Source: Botryllus schlosseri
Lineage: Eukaryota
Reading direction: 5' to 3'
Length of the DNA: 64,000 bases
Assembly: GCA_051294905.1 (NCBI GenBank)
Contig: CM119372.1
Location: 38,008,001 to 38,072,000, forward strand
Part shown: piece after piece, positions 25,376 to 39,369 of the stretch
Layout of the letters: every line of letters begins with the position of its first letter
How positions within the stretch are numbered: position 1 is the stretch's first letter
Program-made: the position numbers and the translations under genes
Notes under the pieces: generated by a model
What the model was told of the DNA's origin: nothing
Database searches by the model: none
The model's input: only the letters and a program-made list of their open reading frames with translations

Positions 25376-27081
25376 TCAAGGCCAGAATTCAACTTCCTCG
25401 TGGTATTTGCGGAAGCATTCTCGTGAGCTCATGCATAGAGGAACGTTACATGCCTGGCAGTAATAAAGTGAATGAAAACCAGACACAACCGTTCCTTGCG
25501 CTTTCGCGGCTGCCTTGCGCTTGGCGCAATACCGACAGCGATTACGCTTCTTGCCGTGATCCGGCCCGAAAATGGGCATATGCCACACACTCTTGTCATG
25601 TCGTAGAGAATGCAAAAGCGGCCGAGGGGCACAACGTTTCGGCACCGTCATGTATTCGCTAATAAGCGCCGTGATCAGACTCTCGCGGAACGGGACGCCT
25701 CTCACGCTCTTCCCTTGTACGTTCTCCAGCAAGACACGCGAATTATGCACGCACACCTCCAAAAGGTAAGCAAACGCTTTCCTGTACCACGCCCTACATT
25801 TCCTATTGAAATTAAAGTACTTGCAGAACTGGTTCTTGTCCTCCATGGCGCACATGTAACGGTCATAGTCTTTCACAATAGTGGGGCACGCTATTTCTAT
25901 ATACTCCTGCCGTTTCCAACGCCTTTTCACTGTGCAACCCGTGCTTTGAACATCACCCTCCTGATCGGGCAGATGGATGGTAGACATGAAATACACAGGC
26001 TTCTTATCGAACCACGAGTAACACACGACATTTCCGGATATGCGCCAATCGAAATAACCTCGGCTGTAAGATTTTTCTGCAGCCGTGTCGATCACCAGCT
26101 CTTCCGGGAATCCGTTAATGTTCTGCGTGACAGTGCCACACGCGTAAGTGCCATAACTGTCAAGTTCCTTCAACAGTTCCGGGCTCGTGTAGAAGCTATC
26201 AATGTAGAGATGTCGGCCCTCGTTAAAAAAAGGCTCCATCAAACCCATCACCACACCCCTGGCGATGTCGGACTTGCGGCTCACGTAGGTATGTGGATCG
26301 CGCCCCACGTAGAATTGAAAATTACACACGTATGATGTTTCCGACTCTATCAAAGTCCAGATTTTCAAGCCGGTCTTGATCGACTGTCTATATGACGAAG
26401 GGTGGTCACTAATCGCGACACGACCGCTAAACGGTATCATCGACTCATCGATGGCTACGTTTTTGCCGCTCGCGTACTTTTCGATGCAGTTCCTGCGGAT
26501 GATCTCAGAAAAATTCATAATTTTTTCTAACCTATTTTGTGAGTCAGTCTGACATTGTTGATCAGCATGAGACGCTATGTCCTCGTTATCTGTAGAATCC
26601 ACTTCATCATCAGGATCAAAAAGAGCGAGGTGCCTATAAATAATCATGAATCTATCCCTGCTCATGACTTCGCCGAATCCTACCGTTCTGATTAACGGGC
26701 AACTGTGCTGCCAGTACATGTCTACTTCTGGCAATTTCAACATGCCCATCGCGATGAGCATACCAATAAAAGCCTTCATTTCAGCCACGGTGATATCGGT
26801 GAAAGAAGCTTGATGATATCGTTTCTTTGGATCCCGTTTTTTACCCCGTTCTCCCTCACTTCGTCGATAGTTTTTATTTGTCATGTCCACCACGATTTGC
26901 ATAGCATCCTCGGAAAACAGCGAGAGGAAGCAGTTCAAAGCGGAAGGCTGTTCGAGCAGTGTTTCGCACTTGGCGTACGGCTTGCTGTCGTGCTCGATTT
27001 GGTGGCGGCTTGCCGGGGCGATCTTCTTCCATTTATATTTATCGCGTCGCCTTTTTTTCTTTTGGGGCGGTTGGTCCGTCT
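25376..27081 (-). CDS. Gene B exon 3: piggyBac-derived protein with altered catalytic core (D-D-E)
   Basis: Acceptor attttccAG| at 27083-27082; starts ETDQPPQKKKRRR; VAIDESM, YIDSFYTS, YDRYMCAMEDKNQ, GTVTQNIN; intact Cys-rich domain. Spliced CDS 36167-36077 + 28447-28220 + 27081-25376 = 2025 nt (674 aa). Confidence 0.9.
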
Positions 27082-28219
27082 CTGGAAAATAGACGGGTGG
27101 TTTTACATATGTCGATTTCCATGGGTGAAAACTTAGAAAACATATAGGGGAGAGGAGGCAAAGATGAGACAAGGATATTTTTCATAGAACAATTAGTTGA
27201 TTAGCAGAATAATTAAACCATGTTGCTCCCACAGTGCCATTCTATAGTTCTACCATGTGACTGAGGCTGACAGAATTGAGGTTGAATAGAAATACGTAAA
27301 AATTGGTGTTTTTGTAGTTGGAGACCCAAAAATGGATTTTTATAGTTGGAGTAAGTTTTGCTGATTCATGTTTGTAAGGGCATGCCTAGCATAATACTCC
27401 ATATCATCACTTTTAAATACTGTAAAGCACGACCTCAATAGGGTACAAAACCAACAACACCCAGAGCTAGACAGAGCAGGACAGCCGAGCGTGTATATAA
27501 TCAAGAAGACGAGATGAACTTGCTGTAAAAATAGACAAGTTTTGGATACTGGTTACTTTTTGTCACCTGCATTTATATATTATCTTCTTTCACTTTTCAT
27601 TCAATTTTTAGCAATAAATTGAATTGAATTCCTTACAGACTCCACAATATATACCTTGTGTGAATATGTGCGTGCTGTTCACTGCAACAGAGATTACTTC
27701 TTTCAAAAAAGCGATGAGTGACCGCTTCTGCTCAACTAATTCGATCGATACTATCAAAACAGGGTAGACCGTTTCCCCAGAAACACTTGGTCTGATCTCT
27801 CACCTTTCACAGGCTAATTGAGTTGAACCCAACTTGAACTCGATGATGAACAGTAAACACTATGAAAAGGAGCCAGACTCAAGTCTTAACACTATGACTC
27901 GGACTCGACCCTTTGCTCCCAGACTTGGACTTGACTCGGTAGTGAATTGAAAATAACGAGACTTGACTCGAGTCAAAACTACAAAAGTCAAATTGACTTG
28001 TGACTAGGAATCTTGAGAGGGAACTATCTGCTCGGCTTGATTATTAAAAATTTAATATCGGCGACCTCATAAATTGTGATACAATTGCTGATATACAAAG
28101 TTTTCCAAGTCTCTACTGGTTGCTGATGATTACCCATGATGAGCGTCAGCCGAATATATTCAGCTTTATTTCAATATGGACATATTATTCAATTGTATTG
28201 GACTACTGAAATTCTGTAC

Positions 28220-28447
28220 CTCCAAGAGTCTCCGGGCAGAAATCAGTGTCGCCATCATGGTCAGAATCTTCCTCATCTATATTTTCCCGTTCCGACTCTT
28301 GCTCTTCATCACATTGTGCCTGTGTCTCTCCGTCGCATTGTCCCTCCATACCATCAGCAATTTCGGAGTCAAACTCCTCATCCCATTGAGATGACGTCTC
28401 CCATTCGCTTGAAGCGGGCAATTTGGCTTCTAAGGACCTCAGCTGTT
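28220..28447 (-). CDS. Gene B exon 2 (acidic), phase 1-1
   Basis: ttttttAG| ... GGAG|GTacag; 228 nt; QLRSLEAKLPASSEWETSSQWDEEFDSE...DSDHDGDTDFCPETLG; conserved in C, D and E. Confidence 0.8.
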
Positions 28448-28715
28448 CTAAAAAATGTCACGTTCTACAGACGAAACTTTCATTATCGTTGATAAACCAG
28501 ATACAGTAGCAAAGCAAGGATCGTATCATTTCAGTATGCTATTCGAAAAAAATCAACTCTACAAATGTAGAAAATGTAGTCGAATGAATGTGAACGTCAA
28601 AGTTTCAGAACAATCGTGGAATTTGAGAGTCTGGTCAAAGTCAACACATTGTCCTCTGCTTCAAATCTCAAACTGTCCGAGGGACAGCGCAGTTAGTTGG
28701 TGAGTGCGCGCGGAC

Positions 28716-28988
28716 CCATTTGTTTGTTTTAAGGTATTTGTGGTGTTTGTCGACTACTATGGTCATTTACACCAGGCCGATATTCTTCATTTTTATTCCG
28801 TAACTGCCGACTTACAGCACGGTCCACTTCTAGGCTTTTGTAAGACACCTCTTACGCGGATTAAGTGACGAGGAGTTTAGATAAACCTCCAACACTTGGG
28901 TATAGGAATTCTGAAGTCGACCTCGGTGGGCCTCGAACCCGCAACCCATTGGTGTTGCAGCCGTGGATTTATACCACTGCGCTACCTC
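28716..28988 (-). mobile_element. tRNA-derived SINE inserted in a MITE
   Basis: Minus strand: GGTAGCGCAGTGG (A box), GGGTTCGAGGCCC (B box), AAAC-repeat tail. Confidence 0.65.
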
Positions 28989-31242
28989 GCAGACTCCTGA
29001 AAAATTAGAGGGAACATTGCCCGTGGCCCTGGTCTACATACATTTGCAACCTAACGTTTTTGAGCATGGACATTAACAAGACAACGCCTAGTTCCAATCA
29101 GACATGGGGTGATTACTTCATGAATGTAATCGATTGCGATTACGATTACTTCCAAATAACGCGATTACGATTACGATTACAGCAAAATCAGGAAGTAGTC
29201 TATTACGATTACATTGGAAAAGTAATCACGATTACTCACGATTACATTCATTTTGCTTTTAGAACTAATATTAGAAGATATAATGGAGACAATATAAGGA
29301 TTGCGCTGAAAAGGCCTAATGAGATAACAATTTTCTATAAAAATGATGCGTCATTTGCTTGTTATGTCATAATGTAACCATTGCCAATTTTTATAGAGGA
29401 CGGTTCATAGCACCCAACGATTTGCATTCGTGCCAGGTCTGTAACTGCCGCACCCTAGATTCCCAATAGAGTGGGAAGAGAGTTCGAAGGGGAATAAAAT
29501 TAGTTAACAAAACCAACATAAATTCTAGACCAGGGGTTCTCCAAGGGTGGGCCACAGAGCATTTTGAGGTGGGCCACAGAGCCATTTAGAAAATTTCAGA
29601 ATGAATGTAAGTTTCGGTATATTTCTTATGTTATTCGCTAAAAATATATTCGTATTATCTAATTATACGTAGGCTACATAGCTACAAAGCTTTTCATCTG
29701 AGACCCTGATTAGACGTAGTGCCACGTATGAAGTCAGCAGTACAAATCGAAAACGTTATGGAGAAACGGTGGCTTTTTGTACTGGCTATGACAACCTACG
29801 GCTAACAGCAACTAAAATAATTTCAAGCGTATAATAACTGGAGGCTAATGCTGAAGTAACCAAGTATTCCGGCAGCGTCATATGCTGTTGAAAAGGGTAT
29901 GCAATGAACTCGCAATGAAGTGAAATTGATGTACAGATTTACTGTACTTCGGCAGGCCGTATTATTGTAAGCTAAAAATAGCCATAATTGCAAATTATTA
30001 GCAAATTCTGGCGGGTGTATACTGCACCAACTCAACGAATCCTAATGGATTGAAGATTTATCGGAGAGCATTAATTTTTGAAGTCGCTTTAAAATGTCCG
30101 GCCTGGAAATCATTGTACATAATGAAAAAGTCACCGGAATGGATTGTACCATTGGATTGAATATTCTGACATCGCAACTTCAGTTGTTTTAGTACAAGAC
30201 ATACAAACATTACAAATTACATCATGCATATTGAAAAATCTTTCTTCACTTCTCTGTAGTACCCCATCCACCAATGAATTGTTCGATGCTGGCCCAGAAT
30301 GACTATAATATTCCCCACAATAGTATCACTAAAGTCCCAATCACACAGTGTGGGGATCTAATCATTGTGTTTCGCGACGCGAATGGAGCAGCGGATGAAG
30401 ATAATATACTTAGGAGTTTTAGCTTATGATTTACCAGGTCCGTAACTACCGCACCCACACCCCCAATTGGGGAACTCGAAGGGGCGCAAGATTATGTCGT
30501 TGTCCGTTTGTTGGAGGATATTTATTCAACTTGAAATCTTTTTCACGCTTCGCGCGATTTCATATTCCGTGGATCGAGATTTAAATATCATCAGCTAGAG
30601 AAAAATGCGCATATTTTAGAGAAATGGGCATATCGGCGCTGTCCATGACCACGCATTATACAAGATTATGACTCTAAGATATCAGGTGGGCCACAGCACA
30701 TTTTTAAACCGGAAAATGGGCCACGGCCAAGAAAGGGCTGAGAACCCCTTTTCTGAACTCTAGAGTATTTTCAAGAGATTTATTTAACATGAAAATTTTC
30801 TTCGAGCTTCGCGATTTAAATGTCTCTAGATAGCTTGATTTTGAAATGCATTTACGTCTTCCCCTCATGAAAAAGCATGTCTAATTTATAGAAATAGGAG
30901 TTTCGGTGCCGGTCATTACCGCGCCACCACAAACCAAAAGACACCAGCCAAGCCAAGACCTGTGTACGTAACCTAGGTATTCACTTTGACGGCATGCTCT
31001 CAATGGAAAAACATATCGACTATACATCAAAGATCTGTTTCATGTATATCCACAAGATCAGTCGAATCAGGAACTACCAATCTGAGGATGCATGCAAAGC
31101 CATAATACTGTCGCTGGTGATATCACGGCTTGACTATGGAAATGCTCTGCTTTACGGGGTAAACCAAAATTGCATCGACAAGCTACAAAAGATCCAAAAC
31201 ATCGCTGCTCGTTTGGTAACTCGGTCAAGGAAGCGTGATCAC

Positions 31243-32731
31243 TAAGGCGGTTTTTTTTTGACATGTCAAAATTTGTCAGAATTTTGTCAAAATTGTAGCG
31301 TTAGGTCAAAATTTGTCAAATTTTTTCATAAAGTCAAAAAATTTTTGACGTCTGCATTTTGTTTGTATCGTAGATTTTGCACTATCGGTGAACTTATAAT
31401 GTGATATTTTACCGCTTTTAGCCTATTTTATAGGCCTACCGTTGTAAACGGCTAATCGTCTGCTCATTGTGAATCATAAACGGTCAAATAAAACATATAA
31501 TAGGTAGGCATGGTGTTATGGTCAACGTACCGCAATATCCTAACTGAAGAAAGTTTTCTTGTGCGTTGCATCATTCTCATATTAAGAAGCGCATGATGAA
31601 AAATTGTGATGTAGACAACATTGTCAGAATGAAGCAACACGGTGTGTCACCAGCACCAGCAGTGTACGCACAACTGGAGTGTTGTCACTTGTCAGCCAAC
31701 AACTGCTGCTGTTGAACGTTATTGGCAAGCTTCTTAGTAAGGACGTGCAGCCCGTGCACTAGGGCTGTTCAAAATTAACTTTTTTTTCCCGATTCAAGCC
31801 GGTCGCCTCTTAAATCATCAGGTTACCCTAAAAAACGCTGCACAACAAATTTGGTTCAATTCTAACAAGTATAGGGCTCCGCAGATCCAATTGAATTTTT
31901 TAATTCAAACAGGAAAATTAAAAATAAAAATTTCCAAATTTTTCTGCCTACCCCATGAAATTGTTGAGCTGTCTTCAGAGACCATGCAAAACAAATTTGA
32001 GTCAATTCCGACCAGTAGAAGCGGAGTTATTGGAGTTTTTCGTTGATATTTCGCGGATTATCCTTGATTGGTGGATAATCCGCGATTTATCAACGAAAAA
32101 CTCACATAACTCCGCTTCTACTGGTCGGAATTGACTCAAATTTGTTTTGCATGGTCTCTGAAGACAGCTCAAAAATTTCATGGGGTTGGCAGAAAAATTT
32201 GCAATTTTTTTTTTAATTTTCCTGTTTAAATTAAAAAATTAAATTGGATCTGCGGAGCCCTATACTTGTTAGAATTGAACCATATTTGGTGTGCAGCGTT
32301 TTTTAGGGTAACCTGACGATTCAAGAGGTGACCGGCTTGAATCGGGAAAAAAATTTATTTTTGAACAGCCCTACCGTGCACTTTCTACCCAAGAATGTAG
32401 GAAGTATCTCTCGTTGTACTACAAAATATTTTAAATATTTCTACCATAATACGTATTGTAACCACTGCAATTCTTCATAGGGCCAGATTTCGTTAAAATT
32501 TTGTTTTTTTTGTCATGTTAAAAGTTGCCTGTTTCTAAGCCAAAAACGTTTTTTCAGGCCAAACTACTTCGTTAGGACAGTCAGTTCCAACCAGAAATGA
32601 AGATAAGTGGTACAATTTTAACATTATGTGGGAAAACACCTAATTTGCATATCTTAGGTCAAAATTTGGTCAAAATTAAGTTTTTTTAGGTCAAAATTTA
32701 CTTTTTTTAATGTCAAAAAAAAACCGCCCTA
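31243..32731. mobile_element. hAT non-autonomous element inside the LINE
   Basis: Ends TAAGGCGGT(n)GACAT and ATGTCA(n)CCGCCCTA; TSD GTGATCAC. Confidence 0.9.
31760..32373. mobile_element. Near-perfectly palindromic MITE (~300-bp arms)
   Basis: TAGGGCTGTTCAAAA...TTTTGAACAGCCCTA; TSD CCGTGCAC; centre near 32067. Relatives at 42976-43464 (TSD TTGTACAA) and ~62565-63115. Confidence 0.9.
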
Positions 32732-35700
32732 GTGATCACGTAACGCCGATTCTTAGATCCCTTCATTGGTTACCCGTGAAATTTAGGTCTGAATACAAGC
32801 TTCTTCTGTACGTCTTCAAATGCATGGAGGGAAGTGCACCAACGTATCTTCGTGAGCTAGTGACAATGTATAATCCCGGAAGAGCGCTACGTTCTCAGTC
32901 CCAAATGCTCTTGTCAGTTCCAAGAGTTAGAACATCGACCTACGGTGTGAGAACCTTTTCTTCCTCGGCCGCCATTCTGTGGAACAATTTTCCAATTTCT
33001 ATCAGACTATGTGACTCGTTATATGTTTTCAAATGCAAAATCAAGACCGTTTTATTCACACGAGCGTTCGAACTAGAGTAGTGTTCTTTCCGCCCTACAA
33101 CTATGCACTTCGTCTTTTATACATATCGTTTACTTTTATATTTTATTGCCTTTTATGTACAGCGCCCTAGTGTAGTAATGACATATTGTTATATTCGGCG
33201 CTCTATAAATTATTATATTATTATTATTATTATTATGTGCATAGTTCCGGCCAACATGCGACTCCACAAAGTGTGCTACTAAAGAATAACCTTGGCCGAA
33301 ACTTAGGGTATGTGTGCATTGTCAATAGCCGCGCTGGGTGGACGTGACTAATAGCCCTGTCCTTTCAATCTGAGCCCACAATGCAAAAGCCACGCGGGGC
33401 ACCCACAGAGGATTAAAGACATGACTATTTGTGTGTACGTCTCATGAAGGATTTTCTTTTAGTCTGCTACGTTTGGGCGACTACAATATCTTTTGATTAT
33501 ATAACAGCGCGGAAGTCACGAATTAAAAACATGCACAAAGTAATTATAACAAGATTCCAGATGTTATAATTATGAAATATGTGCCCCCAGCTCTACAGGT
33601 AAATCTGACCATCGGGGGCTGAGAGCAGATTAAAAATGAATAGTAACATTATGCAATTGCCAATATTATTAACGGAATTCGGTCGTCAGCTTGAAAATTG
33701 ACAGCCCTGTGGGGGCCCAAGACCAACGTTTGGAGTGGGGGACGAATTTCTGTTTTGGTCCTGATTCTGGCTGCAACCCACGCTAACATGATATATAAGC
33801 AGATGACTATGGCGGCAGGTGCAAATGTTGAGTGAAGAATTGTGAAATAACGATTGACGCCCGTTTCAAGTAAAGTCATATGAGAATAAGCTAAAGCGAA
33901 CATAAAATTCTGCCTTCAACTTAATACAGATACTGCAAGAACGGCTCGGTAATGATATATATCAGCAGCTGTTGCTTTTTAATGCTTCGTTGTGGAAACC
34001 GTAATGTTCTATTTGACGAGTACAAATTTCAAATCTTTGTCCGGTGTACGTACGTACGTACTACAGGCCTATACTGCTCGCCAAGCAGCAGCGGGCAAAC
34101 TACGTTTAACTAAGCATAACCAAACACCAATACATAAGTTATTATTTGAAACTAGGCAGAGTGGTGATTAATTATCCTGATGAGAAGTGGTGGCGTTTCG
34201 AGTGTATTGAAACCCTGATATACAGCACGGCGGGTGTTCTTACGATCACACTATTATGAACATCGAATATCTATTTACGAAATATGGATACTTCTTACGC
34301 AATAACAAGAAAACCTAATACTTCTGACGAAATAATGAGCAGTGGCATTTGAAAATCAGACGTTCATGCTATCACTAACCAGGTATAATATCACCTCCTT
34401 GTGTACGAATGTTCGGTATATGTCATAGTCATTGTACAAATAAAAAGTAATCGTTCTTTCACAAAGAAATCGATTAGATATGGGAAGTAGTCGATTACGA
34501 TTACTTCGTAATTTTTTCGAATGTAATCGATTGCGATTACGATTACTTGGAAATGCTGTAATCGTCGTAATCGATTACGATTACTAATCGCGATTACCCC
34601 ATGTCTGGTTCCAATATACCGGTCGGTACTTATATTCACTGAAGTCTTTACTAAGGGTTTCTACGTCTAACATGCAGCCAGAGTTCAACGAACTTGTTAA
34701 CAACTTTGATCGACCATAGATGTCTCATAAACTTTAACAGCTACTGAAGTGCATGACATTAATAAATTCATTGCCTACTGTTTTTGGCCTCTATGCTTTA
34801 CGCCTAAAGTTTACATGATATATGATTTATTCCATGCATGTGGATTACGCGATTGACGCATTGATTCAGGAATTCGGCCAGTCAAGTACTTTATTTCCCC
34901 ATATCTGACCCGCCGACTGGAGAAATTGCCCTCCCCTGGGTTAGGGGGTAGGGTTATGGGTTTTCAATGACTCTGATGACACCCTATGCCACAACCCTAA
35001 ATGCCGATTGTAAACACGTCGATCTCCAACGTGCATGTATCAAGTTTCATGGGGATTGCAGTGAATGATCACATGAAACACAATAAATTTGAACATGTTC
35101 ATGTGAAACATTCATCAAAAATTTCACATTTGAAAAGCTTCGTACTGCCAAATGTCAATCCCCACAAGTTGGTTTTCACGGCAGATCTATGCACAGAGGA
35201 AAGCATTTGCTATCTTTGAGCTGCGACTGGCCTTTAATACTTATAGATATTGCACAATAGCAATCTGAAACCCAGCATACCCGTCCAGAGTTTGAGACAT
35301 GGTAATCAGTACTGGCAAATGGTAAACCTACTTACACCCACAAAATGCCCACTAAAGCAGGAGATCAACACTTGTGCGCTTCAAATCCCACTACCGTGTA
35401 CATTCAATCTGCTATAACTCAGGTTTTCTAAAATGACAGCACCAACAGGCAACTTACAGCAGCCATAACACTTGGTCACTATTGGTACAGAGCCGCAGAT
35501 GGAACAGTTCCAGTCGCTAAGAAACAATCATGGGTTGTTGATTACCAATTAATAAAAAAGGCAACTGCCAAGAATTCTGCCATTGGCCAAAACGTAGAGT
35601 AATGGACTACTATATTGCTGCGAAAAATTATCGAAACAACAGATTTTGCGTCATAGGGAGAGGCCGGCCGTTAATTCTTCAGTTTGTGTGCCAATTTTAT

Positions 35701-36076
35701 CAAAATCCTTCAACCTAATTTGTGCCAACAGAAAGAGTTTGTGCGTCATCTAAAATAGGACATTGAGGTTAAGCTATCTGCTTGCCTCGATTATTCAAAT
35801 TTCAATGCCGGTGATGACACATTTGGTGATACGGTGCATTAATTTCAATATCAATATAGCCTACTATTCAAATTCAATTATTGACAAGAAGTTTAAAATT
35901 TAAATCGAAATACAATTGTCGACGATGCAGTATGTGTTATTTGTGAAACGTCTGTAAATCATTCATCAATTCAATTTCAATTCCAATTTATTGCTAATAA
36001 TATCATCATTCCAATACATCAGAACTACTATTTACTCATTTTGACGTAATCACACTGAATTGTCAACCAGACTTAC

Positions 36077-36167
36077 TTCGTGTCAACAGCTCCTCATCGT
36101 CCTCAAAGTCTTCCTCGACATCAGAATAAAGATCGGCATCCCCAGTCTGCGGGTAATGGAACTCCAT
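36077..36167 (-). CDS. Gene B first coding exon
   Basis: ATG at 36167; MEFHYPQTGDADLYSDVEEDFEDDEELLTR plus 1 nt, then donor GTAAGT. The same 91-nt exon occurs four times, once per paralog. Confidence 0.8.
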
Positions 36168-39100
36168 AATTACATGCAACTCAATGCCTTCTTCTTTCTT
36201 TCAAAATCCAGACACTAGCCAAAATATAAATTGGACACTGCGCTTCTTCTGCGCACCCGTGACAAAGCACTAGATATACAAAGATATCGCTAGAAAGAAA
36301 ACATAAAAGTATTGTGTAAAATGATCATTGATGTCAAATAGCAAATAACAACAAGACATGATTCAGATTTGGAATTAAACATATCTGCCAATTTATATTT
36401 GTCGATCTGTTCAGCATAAAGGATGCTGCACGCATAAATGCAAGGCTTATCAAATAATCTTATACTACGGAATAGTGTAAATTTAACAACTGTCCATGCA
36501 GAAATATTCACAAGGTAGCAGAAATTGCATGTGGAGAAACGAAGCAAATTTAAATGATCTCAGGGTTCTGTTTACTTGACAAATTACAGAATACTCAACT
36601 AGAATAGAATAAATTACTAGAGTCAGTAGTGCAATCCAAGTCGAGCATCAATTGCAATTATTCGAGGTGAGCAGTGAAATTCGTTTATTATGAGTACCGA
36701 AAATCGACGCCTTCACATCAAGAGCAATATTTTAACATCAAAAATCATAGTTTCAATACTTTATTGCAGCCTCGAAACCTCAGTTAGAGGTATCTCACTG
36801 TCGAAAAACATTTCGCACAATGCCACAAATCGCCTACCCACGGAACGACAATCGTATCAAGTAGCGATTGACCCTCAAAATCACCAGAAAAGCACCACAT
36901 AAAAGTCATGCTCCAGAAACACAAAATTTGATTTCTTACATGTAACTGACATCAGTTTACTGATGGCATATCTCAACTTACCTAGTCACAATTACTGGTA
37001 CGTCATAATCAAATGTGGTCAAAGCAAACTCAAGAATTTCATGAGGTTTGCATCAGCTTCTACTGGTAGGAGTCGAGGAAAATTCAGTGTGCATTTTTTT
37101 AGGCAACCGAACAATTTTATCAGTGAATCTCCGGAATCCCATAGAAAAAATATTTCAACAACCCCACTGACCAGCACTTGCGAGATAATGCGTAAACCTG
37201 TGGTTCTCAAACTTTTTGACCTGGGTCCCCTCCGAAAAGGCCAAATAATTAGCGGCACCCTATCACTTCGAATACCATGACTGGCGAGATAGCGTATTGG
37301 TAGGCCCAAGTTGCACCACAGCAATACCAACGGCACACGGCTCCAAGTCCGACTGTGGAATCTCTATTGCTACGTGTTCGAGGTTTATCTCGGCTCCTCC
37401 ACGCCATCTGATATGTGTAAGTGGTGTTCTACAAAAAGTATGGAACAAAAGTGGGTCATGCTCTGAGTTGGCGTCTCGGGAATCATAACTAATAAAGGTT
37501 GGTTGTAAATTAACAACAGATGTGGAAATACCACGATGGGTAGGTTACCCTGCGGGCAAGATTTTACAAGATGACGATTAAAAAATGAACTGTGGCACGT
37601 TTATCTGCTGTTCCCCTCACCTACGTCTCTAAGAGTTTACATCGAACCTACAACAAAGACCCAGAGATAGACCGGATCAAGGACGAAATCGAGGAAAAGC
37701 AGGAAAAGAGTGAGAAAAGCTGAAAGAAGGGAGGTCAAGATCAGGCATCAGACATAAGGCAGATGTGGATGGCAGATTAGGCAACGGTACTTGGTCGTTT
37801 CGACATTCTCCTATCTGTTGATCACATCGCATTGTACATTGTGTGTCTAGAGCGGATAAAAATAATATTACAACAGCCGACTATGCCCTACTCATAATTT
37901 GGATTCCTTAAATTTTGCTATACATTAACCAAATTTTCTCACGCACCCATGAGCAGTCCAATTAGCACGCTAGTGTGCCACGCCCACTTGTTGGGAACCA
38001 CTTGCCTAAACATTTGTCAGCGTAAGTTGAAGAAGTACATCATGCATGTACATTGTACAATGGAAAGCTGAAGAAAACATTGGTGATTGATGCTCAAAAA
38101 GAGCAATTGACCAATGACCATTTCTTATAATATACAGACACACTAACTGCATCCTTGTCTGGTAAGAAACGAATGCGGATTACTAAACACTACAGAAACT
38201 TCAAGATTACAATCCCGTCAAGAACGAGACTTACAAGTATGCTCAACTTGGAAAGTTCCAAAATGTTAATTTTACGTGGGGAAGTATCGTAGTGGTGAGA
38301 ATCGGTGTCATCAAAGCAGGCGGACCGAATTATTCGACTCCCACTGTCAGAGGATATTCTGGGCTCCTCGGGCCCGTGTGAGAAATAGCTTCTAAAAATT
38401 GTTGTGAATTGTTGTAAAAATTGTGTGTGTGCCTTGGGCAGATGAAAATATAATCTTACGATTGATAGACTTATACACGACCAATGTTCCCTCTAAGCTG
38501 CGCACATGCGCAGTCGCGCACACAAAAATGTGTGCAGCGCACAAGAAAGCCGAATTGATGACCGTTTTTTAGTCGTTACGCACTGCTCTCTAAGGAAACG
38601 CGCATTAAGTTGGTGAGTGCGCGCAGACTCTTGAAAAATTAGAGGAAGCATTGTACACTACCATAAATATAATAATGTCAATGACACTATATTGAAGTTA
38701 ATTAGTTGTTTTAAGACCATAGCTATTTCATAGGACTTATATGACAATACTGGGAGTAAATCGCTATTACACAGTTTACGGATGGTTTCAATCAACCATC
38801 ATGAGAATGCAGTTCCAAAATGATAATTATCGTACATAAAATAACTCATATTTGTGAAAGGAGCATAATTTTGGTACTCTGAAAAATAATCTCTCATTAC
38901 GAGACACCAATCGTTACGATTAATAATTGAGGAACCAGGGGAGGTCACAATTATTCAGGTACCCAATTCTGAATCGAGTATTTATTCTAATGTTTTGAGT
39001 AGAGAGAGATGATTTTTTCGAGTACTGATATTATATACTCTTTTCCACAAACAGTTTCTTCATCAACGGAAATTATAGATTCGACACTATTTTCCACTAT

Positions 39101-39369
39101 GGAAACAGCATACGAAACATGTAATATCGCGCAGACAACGTTAGTGGAAATGGCATATCTGTCGAGTTGTGAATAACCCACAGAAGTGTCGCAAAGTGCA
39201 ATGAAATGGGTACCGGTATGGTCGAAAAATTACTAGTATTTGGTGTAAAACGGGCGCCATTGTAGTTGTGGTAGCATAAAAGGTACACATGTGAGCTTTT
39301 AATATCATACATACAGTTTAAAGCCTAACACGCAATCCAGGACAGAATCACTCAGGCGCTCAGCCCCGG

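Larger units (their letters stand above)
30960..33236 (+). mobile_element. 5'-truncated L2/CR1-group LINE 3' end, interrupted by a hAT element
   Basis: RNLGIHFD..LSM..SRLDYGNALL..LQKIQNIAARLV..RKRDH | VTPILRSLHWLPV..LRS..FS..LWN; (TAT)n tail at 33211-33236. Confidence 0.85.
29099..34607. mobile_element. hAT non-autonomous element with CGATTA subterminal repeats, hosting nested TEs
   Basis: TIR CAGACATGGGGT / ACCCCATGTCTG; TSD GTTCCAAT (29091-29098 and 34608-34615). Confidence 0.85.

Noticed and set aside
25610..26335. 241-aa plus-strand ORF and similar antisense ORFs over C, D and E
   Set aside because: Shadow ORFs opposite the transposase exons; they break at different points in the paralogs and show no recognisable domain.
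27082..27172. ORF-track N-termini of B (MSHLCLL..) and D (MYCKCRV..)
   Set aside because: Intronic or MITE sequence upstream of a conserved acceptor; not conserved between paralogs.
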